Source: Candidatus Dormiibacterota bacterium
Lineage (GTDB): Bacteria; Chloroflexota; Dormibacteria; CF-121
Assembly: GCA_036782775.1 (NCBI GenBank)
Contig: DAIPYJ010000011.1
Location: forward strand, 1,317 to 65,316
Reading direction: 5' to 3'
Length of the DNA: 64,000 nucleotides
Below are positions 46,707-55,250 of this stretch, one piece after another. Position 1 is the stretch's first letter. Each line of letters starts with the position of its first letter. The position numbers and the translations under genes were made by a program. Under the pieces are notes generated by a model. It did not search any database, had not been told where the DNA came from, and was given only the letters and a program-made list of their open reading frames with translations.

Positions 46707-47855
46707 ATGGCTGTCATTACCGAAGATTCGACGACCGTTGAGCAACGACTGGTGAGCGTGCTCGACGTCGCGCGTGCCAACGCGGGATCGGTCGACGCGG
46801 AGGGAGCCTTTCCGACGGAAACCATTGCGGCACTCCGAAGCTCGGGCCTGCTCGGCCTGACGGTGTCGGAAGGCGACGGTGGGCTCGGCGCCGGCCCCCG
46901 CGAATTCGTCCAGGTGGTCTCCGCACTGGCCGAAGCCTGCGGCTCGAGCGCAATGATCTACCTCATGCACGTCAGCGCCGTGGCGTGCATCACGGGCGCA
47001 CCGCCTCCGGGCATTCCGCACGTGCTGTCGCGTCTGGCATCGGGCGACTGGCTCGGGACGCTCGCCTTCAGCGAGCGCGGTTCGAGAAGCCATTTCTGGG
47101 CGCCGGTCTCGCGCGAGGTCTACGAAGGCGGCTCCATCCGGGTCCGGGCCTCCAAAAGCTGGGTCACCTCGGCCGGCCACGCCGATGTCTACGTCGTGTC
47201 GACGCTGGCCGCCGGGGATCGCGGTCCCACGGACAGCAACCTCTATGTCGTGCGCGGCGACGAGCCAGGGATGACGGTCGCGGCGCCCTGGCGCGGGATG
47301 GGCATGCGGGGCAATGCCTCGTCGCCAATGGCGGTCGATCTTCTGGTTGGCGAAGACCGGCGTATTGGCGCCGATGGCAGCGGCTTCAAATCGATGATGG
47401 AGGCGGTCTTGCCCTGGTTCAACCTGGGCAACGCCGCGGTCTCTCTCGGGCTGGCGCGTGCGGCCGTCAAGGCCGCCATCAAGCACGCCTCGGGCACGCG
47501 CTTCGAACATACCGGCGATGCCCTGGCGAACCTGCCAACCATTCGCGCCCGGCTGGCGCGCATGCAGATCGAGCTCGACGCAAACGACGCGTACCTGCGC
47601 CACGCCGCCGATAGCGTGGCTTCGCCGGATGACGGAACACTGTTGCAGGTCCTCGGCGTCAAGGCGGCGGCGAACGACGCCGCGCTCGACATCACCGATG
47701 GCGCCATGCGCGTATGCGGCGGCGCGGCGTTCTCGCAGCAGCTCGCCATCGACCGCTTTTTCCGCGACGCGCGAGCCGGCCACGTCATGGCGCCCACCGC
47801 GGACGTGCTATACGACTTTTACGGCAGGGCCATCACCGGCCTGCCCCTGTTCTGA
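46707..47855 (+). CDS. Acyl-CoA dehydrogenase-fold flavoprotein (FadE16/Rv1679-like)
   Basis: TAAGGAGG RBS; AFSERGSRS, KSWVTSAG, GMRGNAS, RFFRDARAGHVMAPT motifs. Confidence 0.88.
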   Translation: MAVITEDSTTVEQRLVSVLDVARANAGSVDAEGAFPTETIAALRSSGLLGLTVSEGDGGLGAGPREFVQVVSALAEACGSSAMIYLMHVSAVACITGAPPPGIPHVLSRLASGDWLGTLAFSERGSRSHFWAPVSREVYEGGSIRVRASKSWVTSAGHADVYVVSTLAAGDRGPTDSNLYVVRGDEPGMTVAAPWRGMGMRGNASSPMAVDLLVGEDRRIGADGSGFKSMMEAVLPWFNLGNAAVSLGLARAAVKAAIKHASGTRFEHTGDALANLPTIRARLARMQIELDANDAYLRHAADSVASPDDGTLLQVLGVKAAANDAALDITDGAMRVCGGAAFSQQLAIDRFFRDARAGHVMAPTADVLYDFYGRAITGLPLF

Positions 47856-47864
47856 GGTCGATCC

Positions 47865-48677
47865 ATGGCAAAGCCGTTGGTGGTTGGCGCGGTCGCCTAT
47901 ACCGCGAACGTCGTCCCCATCTGGGAGGGGATCCGCGAGTACTTCCGCGAGAGCGACGCCCCCATGGACTTTGTGCTTTTTTCTAACTACGAGCGCCAGG
48001 TCGATGCCTTACTCGAAGGGCAGATCGAGATCGCCTGGAACACCAACCTGGCGTGGGTCCGATGCCTGGGGCTCACGTCGGGCACCTGCCAGGCGCTGGC
48101 GATGCGCGACGCCGACCTCGTGTTCAAATCCGTCTTCGTCTCGCGCGCCGGCGCCGGGTTGCGCGGACTCGCGTCGCTGCGAGGACGACGATTGGCGCTC
48201 GGATCGCGCGACTCGGCGCAAGCCGCGATCCTCCCCCTCTATTTCTTGCATCACGCCGGCCTGGTCGACGGCGCCGTCACCGTGAGGCGGTTCGACACCG
48301 ACGTGGGCAAGCACGGCGATACCGGTCGCAGCGAGCTCGATGCCATCCGTGCCGTGTTGAGTGACCAGGCCGATGCGGCAGCCATCGGCATTAGCACCTG
48401 GGAAAGCGTCGGGAAGGGCGAGCTTGCCGATAGAGCACTGGAAGCCTTCTGGGAATCGCCCGAGTACTGCCACTGCAACTTCACCGCGCTTCAGTCCCTG
48501 GACCATGAGCGGAGCGAGGCCTGGGTCAGTCATCTGCTTCGGATGGACTGGAACATTCCCGCGCATCGCCGCATCCTCGAGCTCGAAGGCCTCAAGGCGT
48601 GGGTCCGTCCGCAGCTGGCGGGCTACGAGCCGCTGCTGGCGGCGGTCAAAGAGCAGCAGATCCCGTTGCGATGGTGA
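47865..48677 (+). CDS. PhnD/SsuA solute-binding-fold protein without signal peptide (Rv1680-like)
   Basis: Starts MAKPLVVGAVAY; YERQVDALL, IAWNTNLAW, GKHGDT, YCHCNFT motifs. Confidence 0.82.
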   Translation: MAKPLVVGAVAYTANVVPIWEGIREYFRESDAPMDFVLFSNYERQVDALLEGQIEIAWNTNLAWVRCLGLTSGTCQALAMRDADLVFKSVFVSRAGAGLRGLASLRGRRLALGSRDSAQAAILPLYFLHHAGLVDGAVTVRRFDTDVGKHGDTGRSELDAIRAVLSDQADAAAIGISTWESVGKGELADRALEAFWESPEYCHCNFTALQSLDHERSEAWVSHLLRMDWNIPAHRRILELEGLKAWVRPQLAGYEPLLAAVKEQQIPLRW

Positions 48678-49642
48678 TTCTCGACCTCATCGACGCGTTG
48701 CAGCCATTGGCGGACGGAGCTGTGGCCAGGGTTCCGCTGGATTCGGCGGCGGACATCGAGAGGGTCCGTACCTGGTGCGCGCGCAGCGGCAACACCGTGG
48801 TGCGCGTCAACGATGACTGGGTCGAGGTGCGGCGAGGACGTTTGCGGGAGCCGGCGGGGCTGGAAACCATCCCGGCACGGCTCTGGCTCTATACGAACTT
48901 CGATTGCAACCTGGCCTGTGATTACTGTTGTGTCCGCTCGTCCCCAACAGCGAATCGGCGCGCTCTCGGATTGGAGCGCATCGGGCCGCTGGTCGGGGAA
49001 GCGCCGGGGGCCGGCGTGACCGAGCTCTTCCTCACCGGCGGCGAACCCTTCATCCTGCCCGACATCGACGCCATCGTGCGCAGCTGCGTAACAGTGCTGC
49101 CCACGACCCTGCTGACCAACGGCATGCTGTTTCAACGGGGCCGCCGGCTCGAAGCCTTGCGCCGGATGCCGCGCGATGGTTTCGCGCTTCAGATCAGCCT
49201 CGATTCCCCGACGCCGGAACTCCACGACCGCCATCGCGGTCAGGGCTCGTGGGAGAAGGCGATTGCCGGCATCCGCCTCGCAAGGGCCGAAGGCTTTCGG
49301 GTACGCGTGGCAACCACCCTGACCGAAGAGGGGTCGATCGAGTCGGAGCTCCGCGGTTTTCTTGATGAGCTCGGCATCCGGCGCGACGACCAGGTGATTC
49401 GGCCGCAGGCCCGTCGCGGGCTGGCACAAAAGGGTGTCGTGCTGACGGTGCCCGCCCTCATCCCCGAAGTCACGGTGACCGCCGACGGTGTCTACTGGCA
49501 CCCGGTCGCCGCCGACGACGATGACATGCTGGTGACCCGCTCGCTCTTTCCACTGGCCGACGCCGTGAACCAGGTGCGACATCGGCATCTCGAGCAGCAG
49601 CAGAAAGTGGAGGCGCTGGCGGAGGCGTTCGTATGCGCTTAG
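48671..49642 (+). CDS. Radical SAM protein with short TusA/SirA-like N-terminal domain (MoeX/Rv1681-like)
   Basis: CNLACDYC (CxxxCxxC), TGGEP, TNG, QISLDS; N-terminal TWCARSGNTVV; ends FVCA. Confidence 0.9.
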   Translation: MVILDLIDALQPLADGAVARVPLDSAADIERVRTWCARSGNTVVRVNDDWVEVRRGRLREPAGLETIPARLWLYTNFDCNLACDYCCVRSSPTANRRALGLERIGPLVGEAPGAGVTELFLTGGEPFILPDIDAIVRSCVTVLPTTLLTNGMLFQRGRRLEALRRMPRDGFALQISLDSPTPELHDRHRGQGSWEKAIAGIRLARAEGFRVRVATTLTEEGSIESELRGFLDELGIRRDDQVIRPQARRGLAQKGVVLTVPALIPEVTVTADGVYWHPVAADDDDMLVTRSLFPLADAVNQVRHRHLEQQQKVEALAEAFVCA

Positions 49643-51054
49643 TCGCCCGCGACGAGATCGCACGGACGGAACGGATTGCGACAAGCGAGATCGCGCAGCC
49701 CAGGCCTCACCAAGTGCTCATCTGGGCGCTCGCGCTGGGAGCATCGTTTGCCTATTTCGGATTGGCGCTGGTCCGCCATTTGAGCTTTCACAGCGCCGCC
49801 TACGACCTGGGCTTTTTCGACCAGGTTCTCTGGAACGCCTCACGCGGCCATGGGCTTCGATCGACCTTCATCCCCTATGTCTTTTTTGGCGAGCATTTTG
49901 AACCCGCCCTGCTGCTCTTCATCCCGATCTATCGCGTCGTCGCGTCGCCCCTCTGGCTGCTGGGCGCCCAGTCGATTGCGCTTGGGCTCGCCGCGGTCCC
50001 GCTGCACGCCATCGCCCGGCGCCTGCTCGATTTGCAACGAGCGTGGCTCGTGGTCGGCGCATACCTGCTGCAACTCGGAATCGCGCGCGCCGTCGCGAGT
50101 GATTTCCACACGGAGACACTCGCCGTGCCCTTTGTCTTCCTTGCCATCCTCTTCGCGCTCCAGCGACGCTGGCATTGGTTTGCGCTGTTTGCCATCATTC
50201 CCATGCTCGCCAAGGAAGACGGCGTCCTGGTAACGATCGGCATCGCCATCCTGGCGCTCATCATGACGCGCCAGCGCATCAGCCTCGTGCCGGCAATCGC
50301 CGCGCTGGGGTACGGCATCGTCGTGCTCTTCTGGGCCATGCCCGTTATCCGACACGGCGCACCGGGAGACCTGGTCCTTCGTTATGCGTACCTGGGATCG
50401 ACGCCCGAGCAGGTGGTGCTCCATACGCTGACGCGACCTTGGCTCTGGCTGGAGAACTTGGCGAGCTCCCCGGCGTTGCCGGCTCTCCTGCTCTTGCTCG
50501 CCGCCGTCGGATTTCTTCCCATCTTCCGGCCAGCCGCGATGGGGGCCGCGTTGCTGCCCCTGATCCCGGCGTTCCTATCCACCGATCCGTATCAGGCCGG
50601 ACTGCGGCTGCAATATTCGATCCCCGCGGTGCCCTTGTTGATGATCGCCGCGCTGCTCGGCTGGCAGCGCCTGCCCGCGATGAGCGGCGGCGTGATGGTC
50701 ATACTCGGTGCCGCAGCGACCTGGGTCGTGCTGGGGCCGGTCCTACCGCGCCTCGGGACCGACGTGCCGGGTCTCGGGCGCGCCGCTGACGTCACTCGTA
50801 TCTTGCGTCTCATCCCGTCGGGCGATGAGGTCGGGGCGAGTTCGAATCTCGTGCCCCATCTGTCGGAGCGCCCGTCGATCTGGGAGTTTCCCGCCGGGTT
50901 CGGCGCCCGGTGGATTGTCATCGATCGGTCAGCGAGTGTCTCGCAGGAAAGTCAGGCGCATGGGTACGCCGCGGCAATTGCGCGGTTGCCCGCGGCCGGC
51001 TACACGATGGAGGCAGAAGCGGACGGCGTGACCGTCTGGCGCAAGTCGCCATGA
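49633..51054 (+). CDS. DUF2079 membrane protein (predicted GT-C-like glycosyltransferase)
   Basis: YDLGFFDQVLWN, GEHFEP, DFH, KED motifs; about 10 TM. Confidence 0.85.
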   Translation: MRLVARDEIARTERIATSEIAQPRPHQVLIWALALGASFAYFGLALVRHLSFHSAAYDLGFFDQVLWNASRGHGLRSTFIPYVFFGEHFEPALLLFIPIYRVVASPLWLLGAQSIALGLAAVPLHAIARRLLDLQRAWLVVGAYLLQLGIARAVASDFHTETLAVPFVFLAILFALQRRWHWFALFAIIPMLAKEDGVLVTIGIAILALIMTRQRISLVPAIAALGYGIVVLFWAMPVIRHGAPGDLVLRYAYLGSTPEQVVLHTLTRPWLWLENLASSPALPALLLLLAAVGFLPIFRPAAMGAALLPLIPAFLSTDPYQAGLRLQYSIPAVPLLMIAALLGWQRLPAMSGGVMVILGAAATWVVLGPVLPRLGTDVPGLGRAADVTRILRLIPSGDEVGASSNLVPHLSERPSIWEFPAGFGARWIVIDRSASVSQESQAHGYAAAIARLPAAGYTMEAEADGVTVWRKSP

Positions 51055-52163
51055 CACGAGTCCTTGTGACTGGCGGCGCCGGATTCATCGGCTCGCATCT
51101 GGTTGACGCCCTGCTGACGCGAGGATTCGACGTCCGCGTCCTCGACAACCTCGATCCCCAGGCACACGAAGGCGGTCGCGCGCGATTCCTTTCGAGCGAT
51201 GCCGAGTTGATGGTCGGCGATCTACGCGACCGCGACGCCGTTCGCCGCGCCCTGAACGGGATGGAGCTGGTCTTCCACCAGGCGGGCATGGTGGGAAACG
51301 GCCAGTCGATGTACGAGATCCATCGCTATGTCGAGGTCAACGGCGGCGGCACCGCCATCCTCATGGAAGAGATCGTGGCGCGTCGTGATCGCATCCGCCG
51401 GGTGATTGCGGCGTCGTCGATGGTGGTTTACGGCGAGGGCGCCTACTGGTGTGCTCAGCACGGCGAGTGCCGGGGAACGCGATCGGCGGAAGACCTGCGG
51501 GCGCGCCGGTGGGAGCCCCTTTGCCAGATCTGCGGCGCCGCGCTGACGCCGAGGCCGACAAATGAAGAGTGGCCCCTGCAGCCGACCTCGCCGTATGCGA
51601 TTTCAAAGCGCGATTCTGAGGAGATCACGCTGGTCAGTGCCCGTGCGCACGGCGTGGACGCGGTGGCGTTGCGCTACCTCAACGTCTACGGTCCGCGCCA
51701 GGCGCTTGGCAACCCATACACGGGGGTCGCTGCCGTCTTCTGCGCCCGATTGCTCAGTGGCCGAGCGCCGCTCATCTTCGAGGACGGCGGCCAGCGACGC
51801 GACCTGGTTCATGTCTCGGATATCGTGCGCGCCAATCTCCTCGCCATGGACTCGCCATTGGCCTCCGGTTATCCGATCAACATTGGGACCGGAACCTCGG
51901 TTACCGTCCTGGAGCTCGCCCAAACGTTAGCGCGAGGATTGGGTATCGATCACGCCCCCGAAATCTCCGGCCTCTACCGCGCCGGGGACATTCGGCACTG
52001 CTATGCGGATATCAGCCGTGCCGAACGGCTTCTCGGGTTCAGCGCCGAGGCTGATCGCGACGAGTGCCTGAGCGAGCTCGCCCAATGGGTTGCTACGCAG
52101 CCGTCAGTGGATCGCTCGGAGGGAGCGCTTGCCGCACTCAAGGACCGGGGGCTGATCCGCTGA
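51051..52163 (+). CDS. NAD-dependent NDP-sugar epimerase/dehydratase
   Basis: TGGAGFIGSHL, YAISK, RYLNVYGPRQ, RDLVHVSD motifs. Confidence 0.93.
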   Translation: MTRVLVTGGAGFIGSHLVDALLTRGFDVRVLDNLDPQAHEGGRARFLSSDAELMVGDLRDRDAVRRALNGMELVFHQAGMVGNGQSMYEIHRYVEVNGGGTAILMEEIVARRDRIRRVIAASSMVVYGEGAYWCAQHGECRGTRSAEDLRARRWEPLCQICGAALTPRPTNEEWPLQPTSPYAISKRDSEEITLVSARAHGVDAVALRYLNVYGPRQALGNPYTGVAAVFCARLLSGRAPLIFEDGGQRRDLVHVSDIVRANLLAMDSPLASGYPINIGTGTSVTVLELAQTLARGLGIDHAPEISGLYRAGDIRHCYADISRAERLLGFSAEADRDECLSELAQWVATQPSVDRSEGALAALKDRGLIR

Positions 52164-52168
52164 TCGAT

Positions 52169-53164
52169 GTGGCTCACCCAGAATCGACTGGCTGGCGATT
52201 GGCGATGGCGGTGACGCTGGCGCTCTCGCTCGCAGCCTGCGGCGCATCATCAGCACCACGCGTCGGTGAGCCGGCAGCGCCGGCAACGGTTACCGCCTCA
52301 CCCGCCGGAAGGCTGGTCGCGGTCGGCGCAGGGCCGGAGGGGATCGCCGTCGACCCCGAAGCCGGCCTGATCGCGGTCGCCGTCCGCTCGCCCGCCGCAA
52401 TCGTGGTGCTCGATCGCAGCGGATCAACCCTTCGTCGGGTGGCGCTACCCTCCTCCGCGCGCCATCTTCGTTTCAGCACATCGGGCTCGCTGTTGGTCCC
52501 GGCTGAGCAGGCCCAGCAGTTGATCCAGGTCGACGTGACGAGCGGACGCATCGTGAGCTCTACGCCTGTTGGGCACCAGCCGCATGATGCCGTTCCGTTC
52601 GGCAGCAGGGTTTTCGTCACCAACGAGTTCTCCGACACGCTGTCCGTCATCGAGGCCGTGCAGGTGGTGGCAACGATCCCTGCGCCGAAGCAGCCCGGTG
52701 GCATCGCGGCATCGACCAGCGTGCTGGCGGTGCTCGGGGTGCGATCACACACCGTGCGCTTCATCGATGCCGGTTCCCTGGCGACGATCGCGACGCTGCC
52801 CGCCGGGGCCGGGCCAACGCATGTCGTGGGCGATGGCGAGGGCCGATTCTTCGTCACCGACACGGTTGGCAATGCCCTGCTGACCTATGCCTCGTCTCCG
52901 GCGCCGCATCTGGTAAGCCGGCGGACGGTGCAGGGAACGCCCTATGGCATCGCCCTTGACACCGTCCATGCCCGACTGTTCCTGACGCTGACGGCTCGTA
53001 ACCAGGCAGTCGAATACCACCTAGTCGGGGACACCCTCGCCGAGGTCGCTCGATTTTCCACCCCACGACAGCCGAACACCGTCGCGGCCGACCCCGTCAG
53101 CGGGACGGTCTTCGTCACCGGTACCGCCGACGGTGTCGTGCAGATCATGTCAAGCTTCAACTGA
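52169..53164 (+). CDS. YncE/YVTN beta-propeller lipoprotein
   Basis: Lipobox LAAC; repeated P-x-GIA / PHD blades, FVTN. Confidence 0.82.
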   Translation: MAHPESTGWRLAMAVTLALSLAACGASSAPRVGEPAAPATVTASPAGRLVAVGAGPEGIAVDPEAGLIAVAVRSPAAIVVLDRSGSTLRRVALPSSARHLRFSTSGSLLVPAEQAQQLIQVDVTSGRIVSSTPVGHQPHDAVPFGSRVFVTNEFSDTLSVIEAVQVVATIPAPKQPGGIAASTSVLAVLGVRSHTVRFIDAGSLATIATLPAGAGPTHVVGDGEGRFFVTDTVGNALLTYASSPAPHLVSRRTVQGTPYGIALDTVHARLFLTLTARNQAVEYHLVGDTLAEVARFSTPRQPNTVAADPVSGTVFVTGTADGVVQIMSSFN

Positions 53165-53832
53165 TGGCTACCCGCGTGCTTCTCATCGACGACGATCCGA
53201 AGATCGTTTCACTGCTGCAGCGTGGCCTCGCCTTCGAGGGCTTCGAGGTGACCACCGCACCCGACGGCACCGACGGATTGAACGCGGCGCGGACCACTCG
53301 GCCACAGCTGGTATTGCTCGACATCGCGATGCCCGAGCCGGACGGATTCGAAGTCTGCCGCCGGCTGCGGCTTGCCACCGACGTGCCGGTCATCATGCTG
53401 ACCGCCCGCGACGACGTGGCCGATAAGGTGAGCGCGCTGAATCTCGGCGCGGACGACTATGTGGCCAAGCCGTTCGCCTTTGACGAGCTGCTGGCCCGGA
53501 TTCGCGCCGTGCTCCGCCGCCATCAGGATGGCGATGAGCCGCTCACCTACCTCGACCTTGTCGTCGATCCCCGGACGCGCGAGGCCCAGCGCGCCGGCCG
53601 GGTCATCGACTTGACCGGCCGCGAGTTCGACCTGCTGCTCTTCTTCATGCGTCATCCGCGGCAGGTGCTGACCCGCCAGCAGCTGATCGACCGCGTCTGG
53701 GGGTTTGACGAATCGCCGGAGACAAACGCGCTCGACGTCCATATCGGCCACCTGCGGCAAAAGCTCGAAGGCGCGGACGGCACCCGTTTGATCCAGACCA
53801 TCCGCGGCATCGGCTATGCGCTTCGCGGGTAA
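53164..53832 (+). CDS. OmpR/MprA-type response regulator
   Basis: LIDDD, LLDIAMP, DDYVAKPF, IQTIRGIGY motifs. Confidence 0.95.
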   Translation: MATRVLLIDDDPKIVSLLQRGLAFEGFEVTTAPDGTDGLNAARTTRPQLVLLDIAMPEPDGFEVCRRLRLATDVPVIMLTARDDVADKVSALNLGADDYVAKPFAFDELLARIRAVLRRHQDGDEPLTYLDLVVDPRTREAQRAGRVIDLTGREFDLLLFFMRHPRQVLTRQQLIDRVWGFDESPETNALDVHIGHLRQKLEGADGTRLIQTIRGIGYALRG

Positions 53833-55228
53833 GGCGCTCGGCGTCGATGTTCGGTTGGCGCTCTGGTTCAGCGTCATCATGGGCGCGGTCCTCGCCGCCC
53901 TGAGCCTGACTGTCTTCCAGCTCACCAAGGACAGCCTGCTCCGCGAAGCCGATCAGGATGTCCGCCAACGCGCCACTCTCATCGCGGCGGCACAACCGAT
54001 CGAAAGCTCGCAAATCCTGATGCCGCGCACCGATGTCTTCAGCGCCCCAGATATCTTTGTCCAGATCGTCGATCCAAACGGCCACGTGCTGAGCACCTCG
54101 AGCAATCTGTCGGGACACGTTCTTCCTTTTATTCCCTCAGCGATCCGGGCCGGCAATGTCACCGAGCAGCAAGTCAGTGGCCGGATGCTCATCCTCTGTG
54201 GCCGACCGATCACCTCTGGCGGCATGCTCAAGGGCTACGTGCTCGTCGCACGCTCGCCGCAAACGATTTATGTCGCCCTGGATCGGCTGCGTTCGATTCT
54301 CTATCCAGGCGCTGCGCTCGCGCTGATCCTGGCTGGAATCGCCGGGTGGCTCCTGGTGCGCAGGGCACTCGGACCGCTGCGGCGGATTGGCAGCGCCGCC
54401 GCCCGGATCGCCGCGACCCGGGATCACACCCAACGCATTGGATATACCGGACCACCCGATGAGATTGGCCGCGTCGCGCAGACGATCGACGGCATGCTCA
54501 AGTCACTAGAGGAAGCGCACGCACAGGTCCAGGCGTCGCATGACGCACAGAAACGGTTTCTGGCTGAGATCTCCCACGAACTCCGCACGCCGTTGACCAT
54601 CATGCTTTCCTCGTTGGACCTGCTCGTCAGGACTGGACGGTCCGACCCCGAATTCGCCAGGCGCGCGATCGCCGATATTCGAGTCGAGGCCGACCGAATG
54701 GCGCGGATGGTCAGCCATCTCCTGATCATGGCGCGTTCCGACGCGGGCGCGCCCGCGGCTCCACATCGCCCGGTGATCGTGGTCGACGTCTTGACTGATG
54801 CATGCCGGCAACTCAGCCAGACAAACGGACGCTTGCGCTATCGGAACCTCGAGCGGATCGACGATGCCGTCGTCGATGGCGACAGCGACTATCTGAAGCA
54901 GCTGTTTCTGATCCTGCTCGATAACGCCTTCAAATACACACCGCCCGATGGGCATGTCGAAGTCAGCGGCACCTTCAACGACGGAACCGTCGCCATCGCT
55001 GTCGCCGACGAGGGGATGGGCATTCCTCCCGAGGATTTGCCGCATCTATTCGAGCGCTTCTACCGCGGGAAAAATGCGCACAGCCAGGGACTCGGCTTAG
55101 GGCTTGCCATCGCGCGACATATCGCGATGCAACACGGGGGGCGAATCGACGCTGAAAGCAAGCCAGGCAGTGGTAGCCGGTTTACGGTATCACTGCCGCT
55201 CGCGACGCCCGTAGAGAGCTTAGGCTAA
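53816..55228 (+). CDS. HAMP sensor histidine kinase
   Basis: Two TM, HAMP, SHELRTPL, DNAFKY, GLGLGL motifs. Confidence 0.95.
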   Translation: MRFAGKALGVDVRLALWFSVIMGAVLAALSLTVFQLTKDSLLREADQDVRQRATLIAAAQPIESSQILMPRTDVFSAPDIFVQIVDPNGHVLSTSSNLSGHVLPFIPSAIRAGNVTEQQVSGRMLILCGRPITSGGMLKGYVLVARSPQTIYVALDRLRSILYPGAALALILAGIAGWLLVRRALGPLRRIGSAAARIAATRDHTQRIGYTGPPDEIGRVAQTIDGMLKSLEEAHAQVQASHDAQKRFLAEISHELRTPLTIMLSSLDLLVRTGRSDPEFARRAIADIRVEADRMARMVSHLLIMARSDAGAPAAPHRPVIVVDVLTDACRQLSQTNGRLRYRNLERIDDAVVDGDSDYLKQLFLILLDNAFKYTPPDGHVEVSGTFNDGTVAIAVADEGMGIPPEDLPHLFERFYRGKNAHSQGLGLGLAIARHIAMQHGGRIDAESKPGSGSRFTVSLPLATPVESLG

Positions 55229-55250
55229 GCGGGCCCCACGCCTGGCTGCG

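Noticed and set aside
41980-48677. TGA stops of CcdA, ABC ATPase, permease, DoxX, GT2, ACAD and SBP genes as readthrough sites
   Set aside because: Each ends at the expected family C-terminus and mostly overlaps the next start (ATGA/GTGA coupling).
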